Assembly: GCA_020891255.1 (NCBI GenBank)
Contig: BQFW01000015.1
Location: forward strand, 2,666,001 to 2,730,000
From: Entomortierella parvispora E1425
Taxonomy: Eukaryota; Fungi; Mortierellomycota
Reading direction: 5' to 3'
Length of the DNA stretch: 64,000 nt
Of the stretch, positions 38,901-52,116 are shown piece after piece. The notes under the pieces are model-generated. The model worked only from the letters and a program-made list of their open reading frames with translations. It was not told the DNA's origin and made no database searches. The position numbers and the translations under genes are program-made. Positions within the stretch are counted from its first letter, which is position 1. Each line of letters opens with the position of its first letter.

Positions 38901-40806
38901 GAGTGGTGGGTATTTTGTTAATTTTGCTTGTTTCTTCCTGTCGTTTTTCATTTCACTGATGTTTTTTTTATTTTTTTCCCTCCAATTGCTAGACTGGGAC
39001 CGAAGAAGAAACTCTGCGACAGCAGCCATTGCAGCCACCCTGGCCCTCAACTTTCGCAAGAATGCAGAACCGCAGCCCAGCTTTCAGCATCTCCGTCGGT
39101 CCTCCATGCACAACGATCCCTTGTTTGCGGGATCGTCGGATCACCCACTTCAGGAAACCCAGGATGGTCTCTATCAACGCATCTCGGTCAAGGCTCGAGC
39201 GCAGCTCTTTGAAAGAAGAGCGTCCTCATTTCACAGCAGCAACAGTAGTATCAACACTGTGCCCATTTCGTCGTCGCCACTGTCGTCCAAGCCGCACACG
39301 GGCTCTGGACACAAGATCAAGACCAGTCAAAGTCACCATGATATCAGCTCACTGCAGATGACCCCCACTGTGCGAAGGTCGTCCTCCATCCAGCAGCAAC
39401 AAACCACCGCCGACACCCTGCAGACTTTGAGCAGCGCAGCTGAAGCGGCTCAGTCGCGGCGTGGGACCTTGCGACGGTCGATTCAAATAGGCAGTGCCGC
39501 GTCCCCATCATCATCCTTTCTTGCTCCGGCATCAAGTGGCTCACTGTTGCCTCCTCCTACAGCCGCTGGGGCTTATGAATCACACAGAGCGCGAGCTTCA
39601 TCAGCAGCAGGAGAGTCGGGAGACAACAGTATCGACAAGATTTGGACGGCCATGGGAAGAATCACTCACCTTGGAAAGAGTCATAGCAGTGGTCGCCTAT
39701 CTAGTATGGGCCAATCTTCACAGTATTTGCATCCGTTGCATCTCACGGCAGACTCTTCAGTGTCGTCTCGGAACTCTGCGGGATATGATCAGGGTCAACA
39801 ACAGCACCCATGGGACACGACCACGCCTCTATCCACCCCTCGGTTTTCTTGCACCACTTTGTCGCGACAAGAATCGTCTAGCTCTGCCACTCCAAGAGAC
39901 GCTGCATCGACCCCACCTTCCAATTCCTCTCCTGTGATGGCGCCGATTCCGTTCTCTCCAGCAACCAGGGCCACAGCCACCGCCTCAGAGGCCTCCACAT
40001 CGGATTCTTGTGTCGGAAGCAATGGTGGCAGCTCTGCGGCAGCCTCTACCATTTCCGCCACCCATTCCAGGAGTTTTTCAGAGGGCACCAATCAGTCTAC
40101 GGATTCGGATTCAAGCTTGAATTATTTCAGATCGGGACAAACGATGGACCACCATTTGTTCTTTTCTTCGTCCCCTTCGTCATCGCCAAGAGGTTCGACT
40201 GCAGGACCGAGATTGACGTTGACACCTTCGGTTTCAGTTACGAGCTGTGCTTCCATTTCATCCACCGATGTCTCGTCCATTTACTCGAATCCATTGTCGA
40301 TCACGGACCAGCCGCACTCGTTGGCACATATGAACGATTACCCTGCGCCATTGACGCCCATACAGTCTCGATCTTCTGACTTGTATCACCCTGGGCTGCT
40401 GCCCAATGAGGGGTCGAAGCTATCTGTTACTACTACCAATACCAGTGGTTATGGCACTTCGTCCTTTCCATCACCGTCGACTACGCTAGAAGCAGCTGCC
40501 AAGAACACATCTGGTGGACCATCTCCAACGGCACAGACAGCGGCCACAACCACCACACCAACGACAACACCCACACAGGAGCGTAGAAAATCACTCTCTG
40601 TCCTTCAAACATTCACTCATTCGGCTTCCCAAAAGTTCAAGACCATGATACGATCTCCAAGTGGACTGCGTCGTCGATCGGTCATGAGTTTGTCGCCCAT
40701 GACCCTGGAACGCTCTCCAACTCTGATTTCGAGTTTGAACTCGACCGCGGCTGTGGGAGAACATGGAGATGGAGAAGGGGTGGAGGAGGGCGAGGAAGAG
40801 AACTAG
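32935..40806 (+). CDS. Large Dbl-homology (RhoGEF)-PH protein with long disordered N- and C-termini
   Basis: KRSHALRELVSTEKSYVSDLDTLVN and LKDLLIKPIQRICRYPLLLKEVL (DH). PH-like block LLAGALEFV...KYYGCFLFESMLIVVKPRK. Confidence 0.85.
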
Positions 40807-41128
40807 TGCCACTTGTCCTACAAAAAAAAAAAAAAAATCGGTGGAGGAAGGAAGAAATTCGCCATCGCCGCCCTCAATCATGTTTTTTTTTTCAGATCAG
40901 TACATCCCTACCAAAATTTCAATAATAAAAAAAAGTACGATATTAGTCCAGAATGCCCTTTATTAGATAAAATAAGGTGAGGGTGGAGCGTTTACAGAAA
41001 ATACAAGACGAATTCAAATAAAAGGACAAGACATTATACATCCCACAAAGCGTGGAAGAAACGAAGGAGTGGTGTACAGTAGGGCAATGAGATGCAGAGT
41101 AGAAAAAAAAAGGGAAATTCGTCCTTAT

Positions 41129-43777
41129 TCAAGCCTCCATCATCCGATTCTCCTTGCGAGGATTTTCAGAACCAGCAGCCGATGAATCCTGGACTTTGGT
41201 TGCCATAGATGGACCAGAAGTCATGAGACTCTCGGGAATGCCGATATCCTCCAACTCTGTCAACATTGCCTGGAGATCACGCTCCTCCTGAGTCGACAGC
41301 CCCTCCACTTCCTGCTTATGGGTTTCCTCCCCTGACGCCGCCGACGTCTCCTTGGATTCACTGGCGTCATGAGTAGATTCGGGTTCCATGATAGAATCCT
41401 TTGTATCCTGCTTGTTCTCTAAGGTCTCGGGTTGATCAAGAGCCATTGCGTCCTCCTGTACTGTTTCCGAATGACAGCTTGGTGTTGGAGAGACAGACTC
41501 TGCACCGTTTGTGCCCCGTTGAGAATGAATGGTGGCCTGGTTGACCTTTCGTTGCTTGACAAACACGGCCTGTTCTGGTATCTCGGCCACCCTCTTTCCT
41601 GTTGAGCTCCTTCCCTCTGTGGGTGATGATGCCAAAGGCATCGGCTCGGTTGTTTGGTCACGAACAGGTGGTGAAGACGACCTGATCTTGACCGGCGCCT
41701 GTCGACTAGGAGAAGGCGACACAGTGGACTCTGTGAGAGCGTCAAGTTCAGCCATCAGCTCGTCTTCATCGATGCCACCCGGCACAGAGCTCTCCAACAG
41801 GCCCTCTGTTCCTGCGCTCAGAGCCTCGTCCACCTCCTCTTGGTCTGCAAAGACGTCCGCCAATCGGTCCATGGTGGATTCCACATTGTCCCTGCTAAGA
41901 AGTTGAGCTCCATCCTGGTCTTTGGTGGACATGACTGCTGCCAGCGAGTTGGCCCCGAGTTTGTACGACTGCAGTACTTCGGCATCCGTTTCTGACGACT
42001 GAATACGGAAAAGAATGGAAGATATTGTTTCCAAAGACTTGATCCTCTTATTCAAAACATCCTCCAGGTTTTTGCGCCTCTTGAGTGCATACGAGGCCTG
42101 CAACCGCTGACTGCGCTTCACACATGCTCTGGCCTTTTCCGTCAGTCTATACGCGAGATAGGATCGGAGGTTTATCGTGAATGGGTGGTCAACAAACAAA
42201 GCAGGGGAAGCCAAAGAAACTTGCATCTCCCATATAACTGAACTTACTCTGATATCCTCTCTTCGAGATCCAGTACTTGGTTCTCTAATCGCCTGCATGT
42301 TTCCCGCAACTCAATAATACCACGATCCACCTGAGTAATTTCCTGACGCGTCCTGTCCCGAATGGCTTCCTTGGTGGCGAATTTTATGACCTGTTATGTC
42401 AACAATTGAAGGCAGGGGTGTTGTTGAATACCAATTAGTGTCTGGCATGCCTTTACCCCCTATGTGCATAGATATCGCGGGTTCTCTCAAATCAAGGGAC
42501 ATCTTCAAACAAAACCAAAAAAAAAAAAAAAAAAAAAAACAACAACTCACCAGTTCATGATCCTGCAATTCATTGTCGTATTTGGAAGGATCCAACTTGC
42601 CAGTGACAAGGACTTTGAGCTCATGCTGGAGGTACCGAATGATAATCTCCAGATCCCTGTCTGTCAGCACAATCACTGCCCCCTCGCCCACCAACTTGCC
42701 TCGTATCGGCAGTAATGCCGTCCTAGAAAACTTTTCCCGGAATTCCGCAAAAGTCAACAAATTATCGGAGGCCCTAAAGTTGGTCGAATCCTGTTGCAGC
42801 TTCAGGATTCTGGCTGCGGCCTCCTGAACAAAAGGCAGGACCACATAGGTATCACGCCCCTGGGAGGTCGAGGGTGAAGACGTTCCCAGTCCAAGTCCAT
42901 TGCTGCCAGACATTGAGCCTACTCCCATTCCTCCCGACCCCATCATTCCACTACTGGACCCAGAATGGGGGCTTCCAGTTTGTCCCAATCCTGTCGACGC
43001 CAGCGTGGGTGATGAAGAATAGGAGGCTGAGGGGGACGACGACGAGTCGGATAAACTCAACTGCTTCAGACTCCAGAGCAATGGTGCCTTCACCACCTTG
43101 TGGAAGATCCATCCTTTCCATCCAATACCTGCCCATGGCAAGAATTCCGACCTTTGTACCACGTCGCCCATCCTGCTCATCTCTGTCAGAACCGCAGCCA
43201 GCGAATGTGGACGACTGCCATTTTTAGCGAATTTGGACGCCAGATGGTCCAAGTCGAGTTCCAGAATTCCGATGGAGGACCCTGTCGGCTCAAATTGTTC
43301 CAGTGCTGTTAGAGGACTTCCTGAAGGCGACATTGGTGGTGATAATGGCTGGTACATTGAGAGTAGGCCATTCCTGGCAGAACCAAGGATAACTGTCCTC
43401 CACCAGTTAATGTTGGCTTCGTACCCAAACGGGTTGGTCTCTTTAAGTTTATCGAATTCAGAGTACAGAGAAACGATGCGGGTGGCGCTGGACCATTCTG
43501 GGAGGGTGGCAAGATATGTTTGCAATGAGAGTTGACGACTGGTCTTGGGGATATATGGCGCAAATTCTGGGAGGGATGTCGATGCGACAGACGACGAGGA
43601 AGAAGAGGCGCCAAAGCGGTGAGACTGCTGCTGCTGCTGTTGTTGTTGTTGTTGCTGGTTATAAGGATGTGTTCGGTACTGGTACACCGGGCGCTGTGGA
43701 GTCTTTGCTTTGATGGGCGAGTCCGTCTGGACCTGTCTCCAGCGCTGGAACGCGGGATCGCCTGCGGAGGATGACAT
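41129..43777 (-). CDS. CHMP7: CHMP7/Chm7 ESCRT-II/III hybrid protein
   Basis: RIVSLYSEFDKLKETNPFGYEANINWW (N-terminal winged-helix block). Snf7 domain ARACVKRSQRLQASYALKRRKNLE...SILFRIQSSETDAEVLQSYKLG...IDEDELMAELDAL. Confidence 0.85.
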
Positions 43778-44224
43778 GAGACCGAAGGATGGGTGGTCGG
43801 CGAAAATGCAGCCGAGTCACGGTGATTGTCTGTATTGTCTAGATGTGGCTCAATAGCACAGCAAGTGGAGCGGATGACAGCAAAGAAAGATGTTGATGGA
43901 TGATGAATGCTATGCCTGAGAGAAGGAAATGGCTCAAGAGGAACAAAAGAAAGAAGAGAAGAGAGGGGAAAAAAACAAGAGTAATGACGCCCATGCGCGG
44001 CGGCATTGGTACACATGGTGGCAAGCCAAGGATCACGTGTGGGCGAATTGTCCGCGGTGCAATCGTATGGGCTGCGACGCGTTTTTTTTTCTTTTTCTTT
44101 CTGCTCCCTCCTTGCTCTTTATTTTTCTTTGACTCCTTTCGACCTTCTTTGACTCTCTACGCCTCCGAACCAAGAACTATCCTACCCTGCATTCTCACTC
44201 ATCAACTCTACACCTAACTCAAGC

Positions 44225-45857
44225 ATGACCCCATCTCCACCTGTTGAACCAACCCTGGCCATCACTGCCTGCGACACCTACACAGGTCAGCGCCTTGCTC
44301 TCCAGTTGGCAGAGTATCTCAGCAAGCACCATCGCAGCCCCAGCAACGACCAGGCAACAGACACTGTCCCCACAGAACTGGTCTGTCTTGCTCGGAACCC
44401 CGACAAGTGCGGGTTGCTCCAGAAGAAAAAAAACGTCAAAGTCGTCAAGATCTCGTATGACGATCCAACCTCGCTGGCTCTTGCCATCCGAGGTATCACC
44501 ACTGTGGTCCTTGTCCCGGAGATAGAGCCGCAGCGACTGGACTGGATAAACACTATGGTCGACATTTTCAAGCAAGAACAAGTCGTCCGGTGTGTTGTCA
44601 TCTCGTGTATCGGCACGGATGCTCCCGAGAAGAGCGAGTTGGATGCCTTTCGACGCATGGAGGAATCTGTCACTAGCAACATTCAACGTTGGACAGTTTT
44701 GAGGTACGATTGTTTAGACGACTATTTACTCTTTCTTGTTTGCGACCTATCTGATAGCTTGTATGCCTTGAACATTGGTAGAGAGGGCTTCCGTTTTCAA
44801 ACCTTGTTCTATTGGATCTCCATGGTGCAAGATCAAGGAGTTCTTGGCATGCCCATCAAGAAAGAGGCGACTTATTCGCCCTTGGACATCATTGATCTGG
44901 GTCACGCTCTGATTGTGATTGTTTTCCCGCCTGAAAATGACAGTGGAGGTAAGAAGGGATCAAAGTCGGCGAGATGAGTTGAAGTTGATGGATTGATTGT
45001 GATGTTCTGCAATTGACGGCCTTTGCTTGCGTTGCCCGATTGCATTAGCTCACCATGATGGACAGACCTACACCCTCACGGGGCCAGAAACCGTCAATGG
45101 CCCCAAGTTGTCTGACGAATTGAGCAAGGCACTCACTCCCATGAAGGGCAAGCCGAGCAATGTATGTGAAGAGTACTTTTACCATTGTCCGCATCCCTTC
45201 TGGGACAAAGACATGAATATGTCACCTCATACTTCAATCACTTGTGCAATTTAGCCACCTGAAGTCCCATCGCCTATCGTGTACAAAGAAACGTCGAAGG
45301 ACGAGATTCGACGCTATCTAGTCTCGTTGCGAGAGAAGAGCCCCACCACTTCCACTTTTTCTGATGGCTTCAAGCTCGTCACAAAGATCCAGGAGGATGA
45401 AGTCGCCACCACGCAGTCAATCTTTCAAAGGATCTCTGGGTTCTTCCAGAAGGAGAATTGGCGAAAAGGAGTTGGTTCAACTCTTGATCAATCCAGTTCC
45501 GCCGATGATGAGAACAAGTACGAGGCCAAGGATCTCAATTGTGGCGATGACCCTTGCAAGTGTCCTCCGCGCAAGGATCCACGGGGCAAGAAGCCCCCTC
45601 CAAAGGAGAAAGATCCGGAACTGGAGGCACCCAACGACACAGAGGTGGAGTTCTTGCTGCAATTGATGGAGTACATACACGAGGAGAGGGCCACATTCCA
45701 GTCGGGCGACCTAAAGAAGATTACGGGCCGCAAGGGTGTCGACGCGCACGTTTTCTTTGCAAAACATGCCCGGGACTTCCGTTCACGTTCTTCCTTGGAT
45801 ACCGAATCTGCGGCCACGGTCATTGAAGACACCTTTCCCAAGACCCTGAAGAAGTAG
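44225..45857 (+). CDS. NmrA-like NAD(P)-binding Rossmann-fold protein, multi-exon
   Basis: LAITACDTYTGQRLA, KISYDDPTSLALAIRGITTVVLVP, VVRCVVISCIG, YSPLDIIDLG, YTLTGPETVNG. Confidence 0.75.
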
Positions 45858-46050
45858 GTGGACCGAAAGAATACCCCACACGACGATGAGGGGACCGCGT
45901 CTACGAAAAAAAGAATGAATAAAATGGTCACATGACCACCAGAATCACATGATTTTATGAGTGGCATCTTTTTTCAACTTCTCGGCTGAGCAAAAAAGAG
46001 TTGTCGCATGCATTCGCCTTGCTCTTTGTCATCCTCATCTTCAATTCAAC

Positions 46051-47008
46051 ATGAAAGTCGTCGGTCTCACAGGTGGAATCGCCTCTGGTAAACTCTACGA
46101 TTCAATTGTCCGCCACCGAGACCTTTAGAGCTTTCGCCGCAGATATTAACGTCCGTTCTATTTGCCACAAAAAATTATAACCGCCAAAAAAAAAAAAAAA
46201 AAAAAAAAAAAATCAGGAAAATCCACGGTTGTGTCTACGATCGTGTCCCTCGATATCCCCGTCATTGACTGCGACAAGCTGGCGCGTATCGTCGTCGAAC
46301 CTACTCACCCAGCCTACAAAAAGCTCGTGGCTCATTTTGGCGTCGAGATCTTGCAGAACCAGGAAATGGGTCAACCCCTGGATCGGTATAAATTCGGCAC
46401 CATCATCTTCCCCAATCCGGCTCAGAGAAAGGTCGCCAATTCCATCATTCACCCAGCCGTCAGGGATGAGATCTTGAAGAGGCTCTTCAAGCTCTGGATC
46501 AAGGGAACTAGCTTGGTCGTCATTGATGTCCCCTTGTTGCTCGAGGGCGAGTTATGGAGGATCGTGAGCGAAGTCATTGTTGTCTACTGGTAAAGGATGA
46601 TGTTCCTACATCGAACGGGCGGGAGTAGCACGCGACATTTGAACCACGTGTCAACTCATCGAATGAGAATCTAATGCTTCTTTTTCACTTTTTTAACACA
46701 GTCCGCCGGAAACACAGTTGGCCAGGATCAAGGCTAGAGACGGACTTTCTGAAGAGGATGCTCTGGCGCGTATTAATGCCCAAAGACCTCTGATTGAAAA
46801 GGTCGACTACGCCGACCATGTCATCCAAAACATCTCGGACCTGGACTCACTGAAACAGTCGACAATTGAGGTCATGAACAAGATCAAGCCAAACCCAATC
46901 TGGACCATTCTCGGCTATTTCCCACCTTTTACCTTCCTTATGGCTTCATGGGTTATTGCGAAACGACATCTCAAGGGCGATCCTCGAAAGACAAAGTCCA
47001 AAGTATAG
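46051..47008 (+). CDS. CAB5: Dephospho-CoA kinase
   Basis: MKVVGLTGGIASGKSTV (P-loop split by an intron), VIDCDKLARIVVEP, NSIIHPAVR, VIDVPLLLE, QLARIKARDGLSEEDALARINAQ. Confidence 0.95.
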
Positions 47009-47172
47009 CCATAGAATTAAATCTGAAATGGATTGTTGATTTATTGTGGGATGCAGTGGTTGAGAAGGTGTGGTATTGGGTTGGAAGAAAGTAGACCGAA
47101 TCTTTTGGTCGTTCCATGCGCAGAGAAATCCGATTAATTCCTTGGAAAAATGAGTTCCGGATATCGCCTTTA

Positions 47173-48566
47173 CTAGCGTTTTTTGGGCTTGACGTCGTTA
47201 TCGTTTACACTGTGAAGCATGATCTTGTTCTGGCTCTGAGGCAATGCTCCCTCGTGTCCCTATGGTACAGGAAAAGAGGCGTTAATAACAACACCAGGTC
47301 AAGGCACATATTGACAGTAGCAATGACCATCTGAAATACAACAATATATGTCGTTACCTTATTCCAGTCATAGCTGACAGCGTATGCAAAGATAGTTCCG
47401 GTACGGTTAAAACATGTTGACGAAATGGGGCTTCCGACCTTGGGGAACGTTTTGAGTTTCTGGCGCGAATCCTTATCCCAGAACGCGAACGATCCATCTG
47501 CGCCTGCTGTCGTGAATGTGTGATGAACTGGATGCCAGTTAATGCTGTTGACGGAATAGACTGTGGTTGGCTCTCGAGTATTTGTCGTGCCTCCCTCCCG
47601 ATGGCACTTGAATGAGAAGTTTTTGGCAGCGTCCCGATCGTCCGCATACTGAATCGCCACTCGCCCCTCAATACTGCCAATTGCATATCCATTGCCAGTG
47701 GGAAAGCAGGAAACAGTACGCGTCTGCCACTTCAAAGGACTGCTGGCTGCCTTGATGGGTACTGTGGGGTTGTTGAGATTGTACACATGAACATGACGGT
47801 CTGCAGTACCAACAACCAGTAGAGGGAATACACTGTCCATGGCATAGAGACGTTCTGGGAGAGCCACAGTCGAAATGGGGGTCTGCTGACGAAGATCCCA
47901 GTACTTGACAGTCTTGTCCCAGCTTCCAGTGGCGAGAATAGGGCTGGTTCCTGGTTGCTCCACCCAACGAACAACTTTGATGGGAGCCTCATGTTGTGCC
48001 ACTTGTGAAGACTGTCCTGTGGTAATGTCGAAAATCATGCCGACTTTGTCAGCTCCACCCGAAGCCAGTTTGGTTCCATCCTACAAGAACAAGACGGAGC
48101 ATCGTGAATACTTGAGCCAAATAAAAGAGAAAAAAATATATAGCTGCGCCCAATCGGACAACATACCTTGCTCCATGCAACACTGAGGGCGGGCCCAGTA
48201 TGTGAGTACATAGCCTTGGCGACACTGGATCCGTTCGTTTGAATTTCATAGATCCGGACCTAGATAATTATACAGTGGAGAGAAGAAGGAGATCAGCATA
48301 CTGAACATGGGTCACAAACCACCAAATAGATCGAGTCGTTTTACTCACGTTGTTATCCCAGGATGAAGCCGCTAGCAGATCTGCCTGAGGAGAAAACTGT
48401 ATTTCAGAAATACCATCGGTTGGAGGGTGGTTCACCTAGAGAGTCAAACGAGCGAGAGCAGAAAGTGTGGTCGGAAGGTGAGCATTAGGAGGTTCTTTTC
48501 GACAGCATGTTGTTTCATGAATGCATCCCGCACCTCTGTGTCCTGGAGTGTCTGCGTCTTGATCAT
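47173..48566 (-). CDS. RAE1: mRNA export factor RAE1/Gle2 (WD40), multi-exon
   Basis: PPTDGISEIQFSPQADLLAASSWDNN, LATGSWDKTVKYWDLRQ, SSPLKWQTRTVSCF, GYAIGSIEGRVAI, FSFKCHR, FAFWDKDSRQKLK, FAYAVSYDW. Confidence 0.96.
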
Positions 48567-48839
48567 TACGAACAAATGTCTAGCCCAAACGCCTCTTGTT
48601 TATTGTTTTTAGAATGTAGACGCGTCCGTTGGTCAGGGAAGGGGTGGAGGGGAGGAAGGGATCGTGAAGGTGAAAGGAGGAAAGCGAGTCGACGTTGAAT
48701 GCCAATCCGAATGCGGAGAACCACTTTTTATGTTCAACCTCAAAGGAGGCTGAGCAAAAAACGTGATTAGGCGCCACGTGACTAATGTCCGCCTTTTTGG
48801 CGGCGAAGTCGCAAAAGGAAGTACATTGACCAATCTGCC

Positions 48840-49274
48840 ATGGAGCACATGATCCCTGATCTGACCCACTACGCCCGGGGGCTAGACTCTGCTACTTTTC
48901 CTCTCAAGGTCTCGGAAGTGCCTGGTGGAGAGCACGGCAAGGGCCAGGCTGTTCAATTCACAGTTGTTACGCTGGAGAAACTCGCGGCAGAGCTCCTGTT
49001 GGACGATCGTGGTTTCAAGGTCCTGACAATCCATACCCCAGCGTCTGAGGAGACGTCAGAGCCATATAGCACGAGGCAACAAGAAGCGCTATCAGGAATG
49101 ATCTACGAAACCATTGAAGCCCTTCTCATGGCCATCAGCCCTGCATTTGAGGATTTTTTTGGTCAGGAACTGTCGCGAAAACTGTCTTCCCTCACTTGGG
49201 AGAGGCCGCAATACAACTCTGGCACAGAGAGTGAGTCCGATCCAGAGAGCAAAGAACAATCCATCGAGAAATAA
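48840..49274 (+). CDS. GSKIP-domain (GSK3-interacting protein/DUF727) protein, intronless
   Basis: FTVVTLE...LDDRGFKV...YETIEALLMAISPAFEDFFGQELSRKLSSL matches the GSKIP C-terminal signature, as recalled. Confidence 0.8.
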   Translation: MEHMIPDLTHYARGLDSATFPLKVSEVPGGEHGKGQAVQFTVVTLEKLAAELLLDDRGFKVLTIHTPASEETSEPYSTRQQEALSGMIYETIEALLMAISPAFEDFFGQELSRKLSSLTWERPQYNSGTESESDPESKEQSIEK

Positions 49275-49414
49275 AAATAAAAAGACAAAAAGAAAAGAAT
49301 ATGGATGTTTGTTTTATTTACATGATGATGACCCAAAGACAAGGCACACTACGGTAGGAGAGTGCATGGTTCATGTTGTGGGTATGATTCGTTCAATGCC
49401 CATGCTGTGGAGTG

Positions 49415-51790
49415 TTATGGCTGACCAACGTTCGGGTAAGCGCCTTGCTGGTACCAGGACTGCTGATGACCTGGCCTCTGGTTAACAACGGACATCAATC
49501 CTGTTTGTCCCAGGGAAGGTGAGGGTGGAAGGTTCGAAACCCTGCTGTTAAGAGAGGTCGGTGTCAACATGGAAGCTGGTGTCATGAGCGGGGAACCACG
49601 AAGAGTAGACCCAGCTCCTGAACTTGCAGACGAGAAGAATCCATGACCATCCAGAGTCGGGTAAGGAGCAAATGTCGAACTTTCATATGCAGAAGCTGGG
49701 GTTGGGTAAGAGTAAGGATGATTGGGATCTAGACGATGTGTTGAGGGAGATGCGATTCCCAGATTGTAGCGGAAGGCCTGAATGATCTCTTCGTATGTCT
49801 GCTGTCGGTCGTTCGGGTCTTCGCTCCAGGCTTGCGTATAAATTTGAAAGAACCATTCCGGCGTGCCATCGACGCGACCCTCACGCATGCCTGGGCTGAA
49901 TGTGGATGGATCCTTGAATGGGTATCGACCGGCAAGAATGAACCAGTACAACACACCCAAAGCAAAGATGTCGCAACGGATATCATAACGAGGTCGGCTT
50001 TTGGACATGCGTTCTGGAGCCATGAACTGCCATACGCCTCCAAACTGCTGACTCGAGAATTGATTCTTATTGTCCCGAATACGTCGGAGACCAAAATCCG
50101 TAAGTCTGGCTTGATACCTTCCTTGGTTCGGTTGAGGGTTTGACCGAACATCAATCAAAATGTTCTTTGGATGGAGGTCGCCGTGGTGGTAGCCGCACTT
50201 GAGTAGATGATCCAATCCCACCGCAATGTCCATGGCCAGGTACAACTTGTCTTTTAGCGTGGGTGCTTCGGGTTGGTTGAGAAGCTTGGTGAGGTCGCCG
50301 TGCTCGTAATACTGCATGATCATGAACCTGTCCCCGTTACGCTCGTCGTCGCTACGGCGAACAGCGATTCCGTAGAACTGGACAATGTTGTCGTGCTGTC
50401 TGCAATGGCTCATCACCTCAACCTGTTTGGACGGAAGGACAGGACATTACACAAAGGGAGCAAAAAGGTTAGCCCAAGTGCGACCCTACAGAGGCACACT
50501 TCCGTCCACTTGGACACAGAAAAGGATGAACAGTACAAAAGGTCGTCTGTGTCTTTGCATTCACATACCTCCTTGTCAAATAGCCTGATGATCTTTTCGG
50601 GCCTGTGCTTGGTATCGATAAGACTCTTGAGAATGACATATGTTTGGTGCAAGGGCCAGAATGCACGACGGATCTCACCATTGCCACCTGTGGCGATCCT
50701 TTGGCGCTGTGGGAACTCGCTAAGGTAGTCATAGTGGGTCACAGGGGGAATATTGGTCGGGATCATGTTGAGGACCGAGGCCACAAAGAAATCGTCCCCA
50801 AGAGAGCCAGGGGTGTCTCCCGAGTGAGGCGAGAGGGAGGGGGGAAGGGGAGGGGGGAGCATTGCGCGGACTCTGCGGGGGAAGTCCCACGGTAGAGTTC
50901 CCGTCGGAGTATGCAAGACTGGGCACCTCTGTTTCAGGTTCAGCGCCAGATTCTGCCCAGACGGGAGACGGCTGCTGCATCTGGGACGAAGAGGTCGAGT
51001 GACCATGCAGATTGTACGATGGACGACGCTGCTGCTGTTGTTGTTGTTGCTGCTGCTGTTGTTGTGTTTGCTGCTCTGTGTGCTGATGAGAAGGATGTGG
51101 TTCCTGCTGCAGCAGAGATTGCTGTTGCTGCTGGTGGTACAGTTGCTGCTCCTGGAGCAACTGCAGTTGTGCAAAAGATCGCGAATGAGCGGGTTGGCTC
51201 GGGCGGGCTGGTTGATTCCGCTGACGCTGCTCGGGCCGGTGCTGTTCCTGAGTGTTGTCTTCTTGGACCTGCTGCTGCTGGTGCTGAATCTGCAGCTGGT
51301 ATAGGCGCTGCTGCTCAAGAGGACTGATGTGGGTAGCGGAAGAAGAACTGCCTGCGCTGTTGTTGCGACTGACGGGCCCGTCCAGAACCATCCCCTGACT
51401 CTTGGTCGAGTTCACAGAGTTCATGGAATGAGTCAGCGTAGGCATGGGCATGGACATGTCCTCAGTGTTGATCTGCTGCGTGGGGTAATTCACCGTGTTG
51501 TTACTGTTGATGTTGTTGTTGTTGTTGTTGTTCATGCCATAATAAGAATAGTGGTTTGTTGTAGGCGTGTAGTTGTTGATGGACGGGTAGTTTGAATGGG
51601 TGGTGTGCCCTGGGACGGGGAATGGGGTCTGCTGAGAGAAGGTTTGCGGAGAGAAAGTTTGCTGGTGCTGAGGCGGGTGTTGCGCCTGGGGCTGCTGGTG
51701 AATGGGCATCTGATGCTGCTGGTTGTGGTGGAGAGGATTGGGCGAGGGCTGATAGTATGCGCCGTAAGGTGGCCCTGTGGGGGAGTGCAT
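49415..51790 (-). CDS. Tyrosine-kinase-like (TKL) protein kinase with a Q/N-rich N-terminus; one apparent 1-nt frameshift near 50840
   Basis: IATGGNGEIRRA, VILKSL, HDNIVQFYG, HGDLHPKNILI, LTDFGL, FMAPE, DIFALGV. The N-terminal ORF (50729-51886) and kinase-proximal ORF (50413-51318) overlap in different frames. Confidence 0.85.
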
Positions 51791-52089
51791 GTCTATGGAG
51801 GGGGATGTCGCTGCAGACAGGAGAGGGCGGAAGGGGAGGATGGGATGACACGATGGGAAAGGGCGTGAGCGAGCGAGTGTGCGCATGGGAGAAAAGGCGA
51901 GACAGGAACAAATTTACATTTTGGGCTTCGCTATTGGTCAAGGGTGGCTTAGATTAGTTTTCACGACGATTCACAAAAATCACAATTTCACATGCGACCT
52001 TTGCAAAAAAAAAAAAAAAATAGCGACCTACCCGGAGCAAAACCTGTAGAGACGAAAAGAGAGGTGATCAACGTGTTAGAAAGACTTGA

Positions 52090-52116
52090 AGCATGTCGCT
52101 TGTAGCATGTCGCTTG
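52090..52116. repeat. Perfect 13-bp tandem duplication AGCATGTCGCTTG x2 near the element's 3' end
   Basis: Directly visible. It shares the GCGAC core (reverse strand) with the candidate terminus at 51994 and with 52023. Confidence 0.8.

Noticed and set aside
49531-49544. GGTTCGAAACCC T-loop-like motif
   Set aside because: It lies inside the kinase CDS, with no cloverleaf or A-box. No tRNA supported anywhere in the window.
52005-52020. Poly-A tract as a retroposon tail
   Set aside because: Poly-A/T runs of 15-25 nt occur throughout introns in this window, and the adjacent gene keeps its introns.
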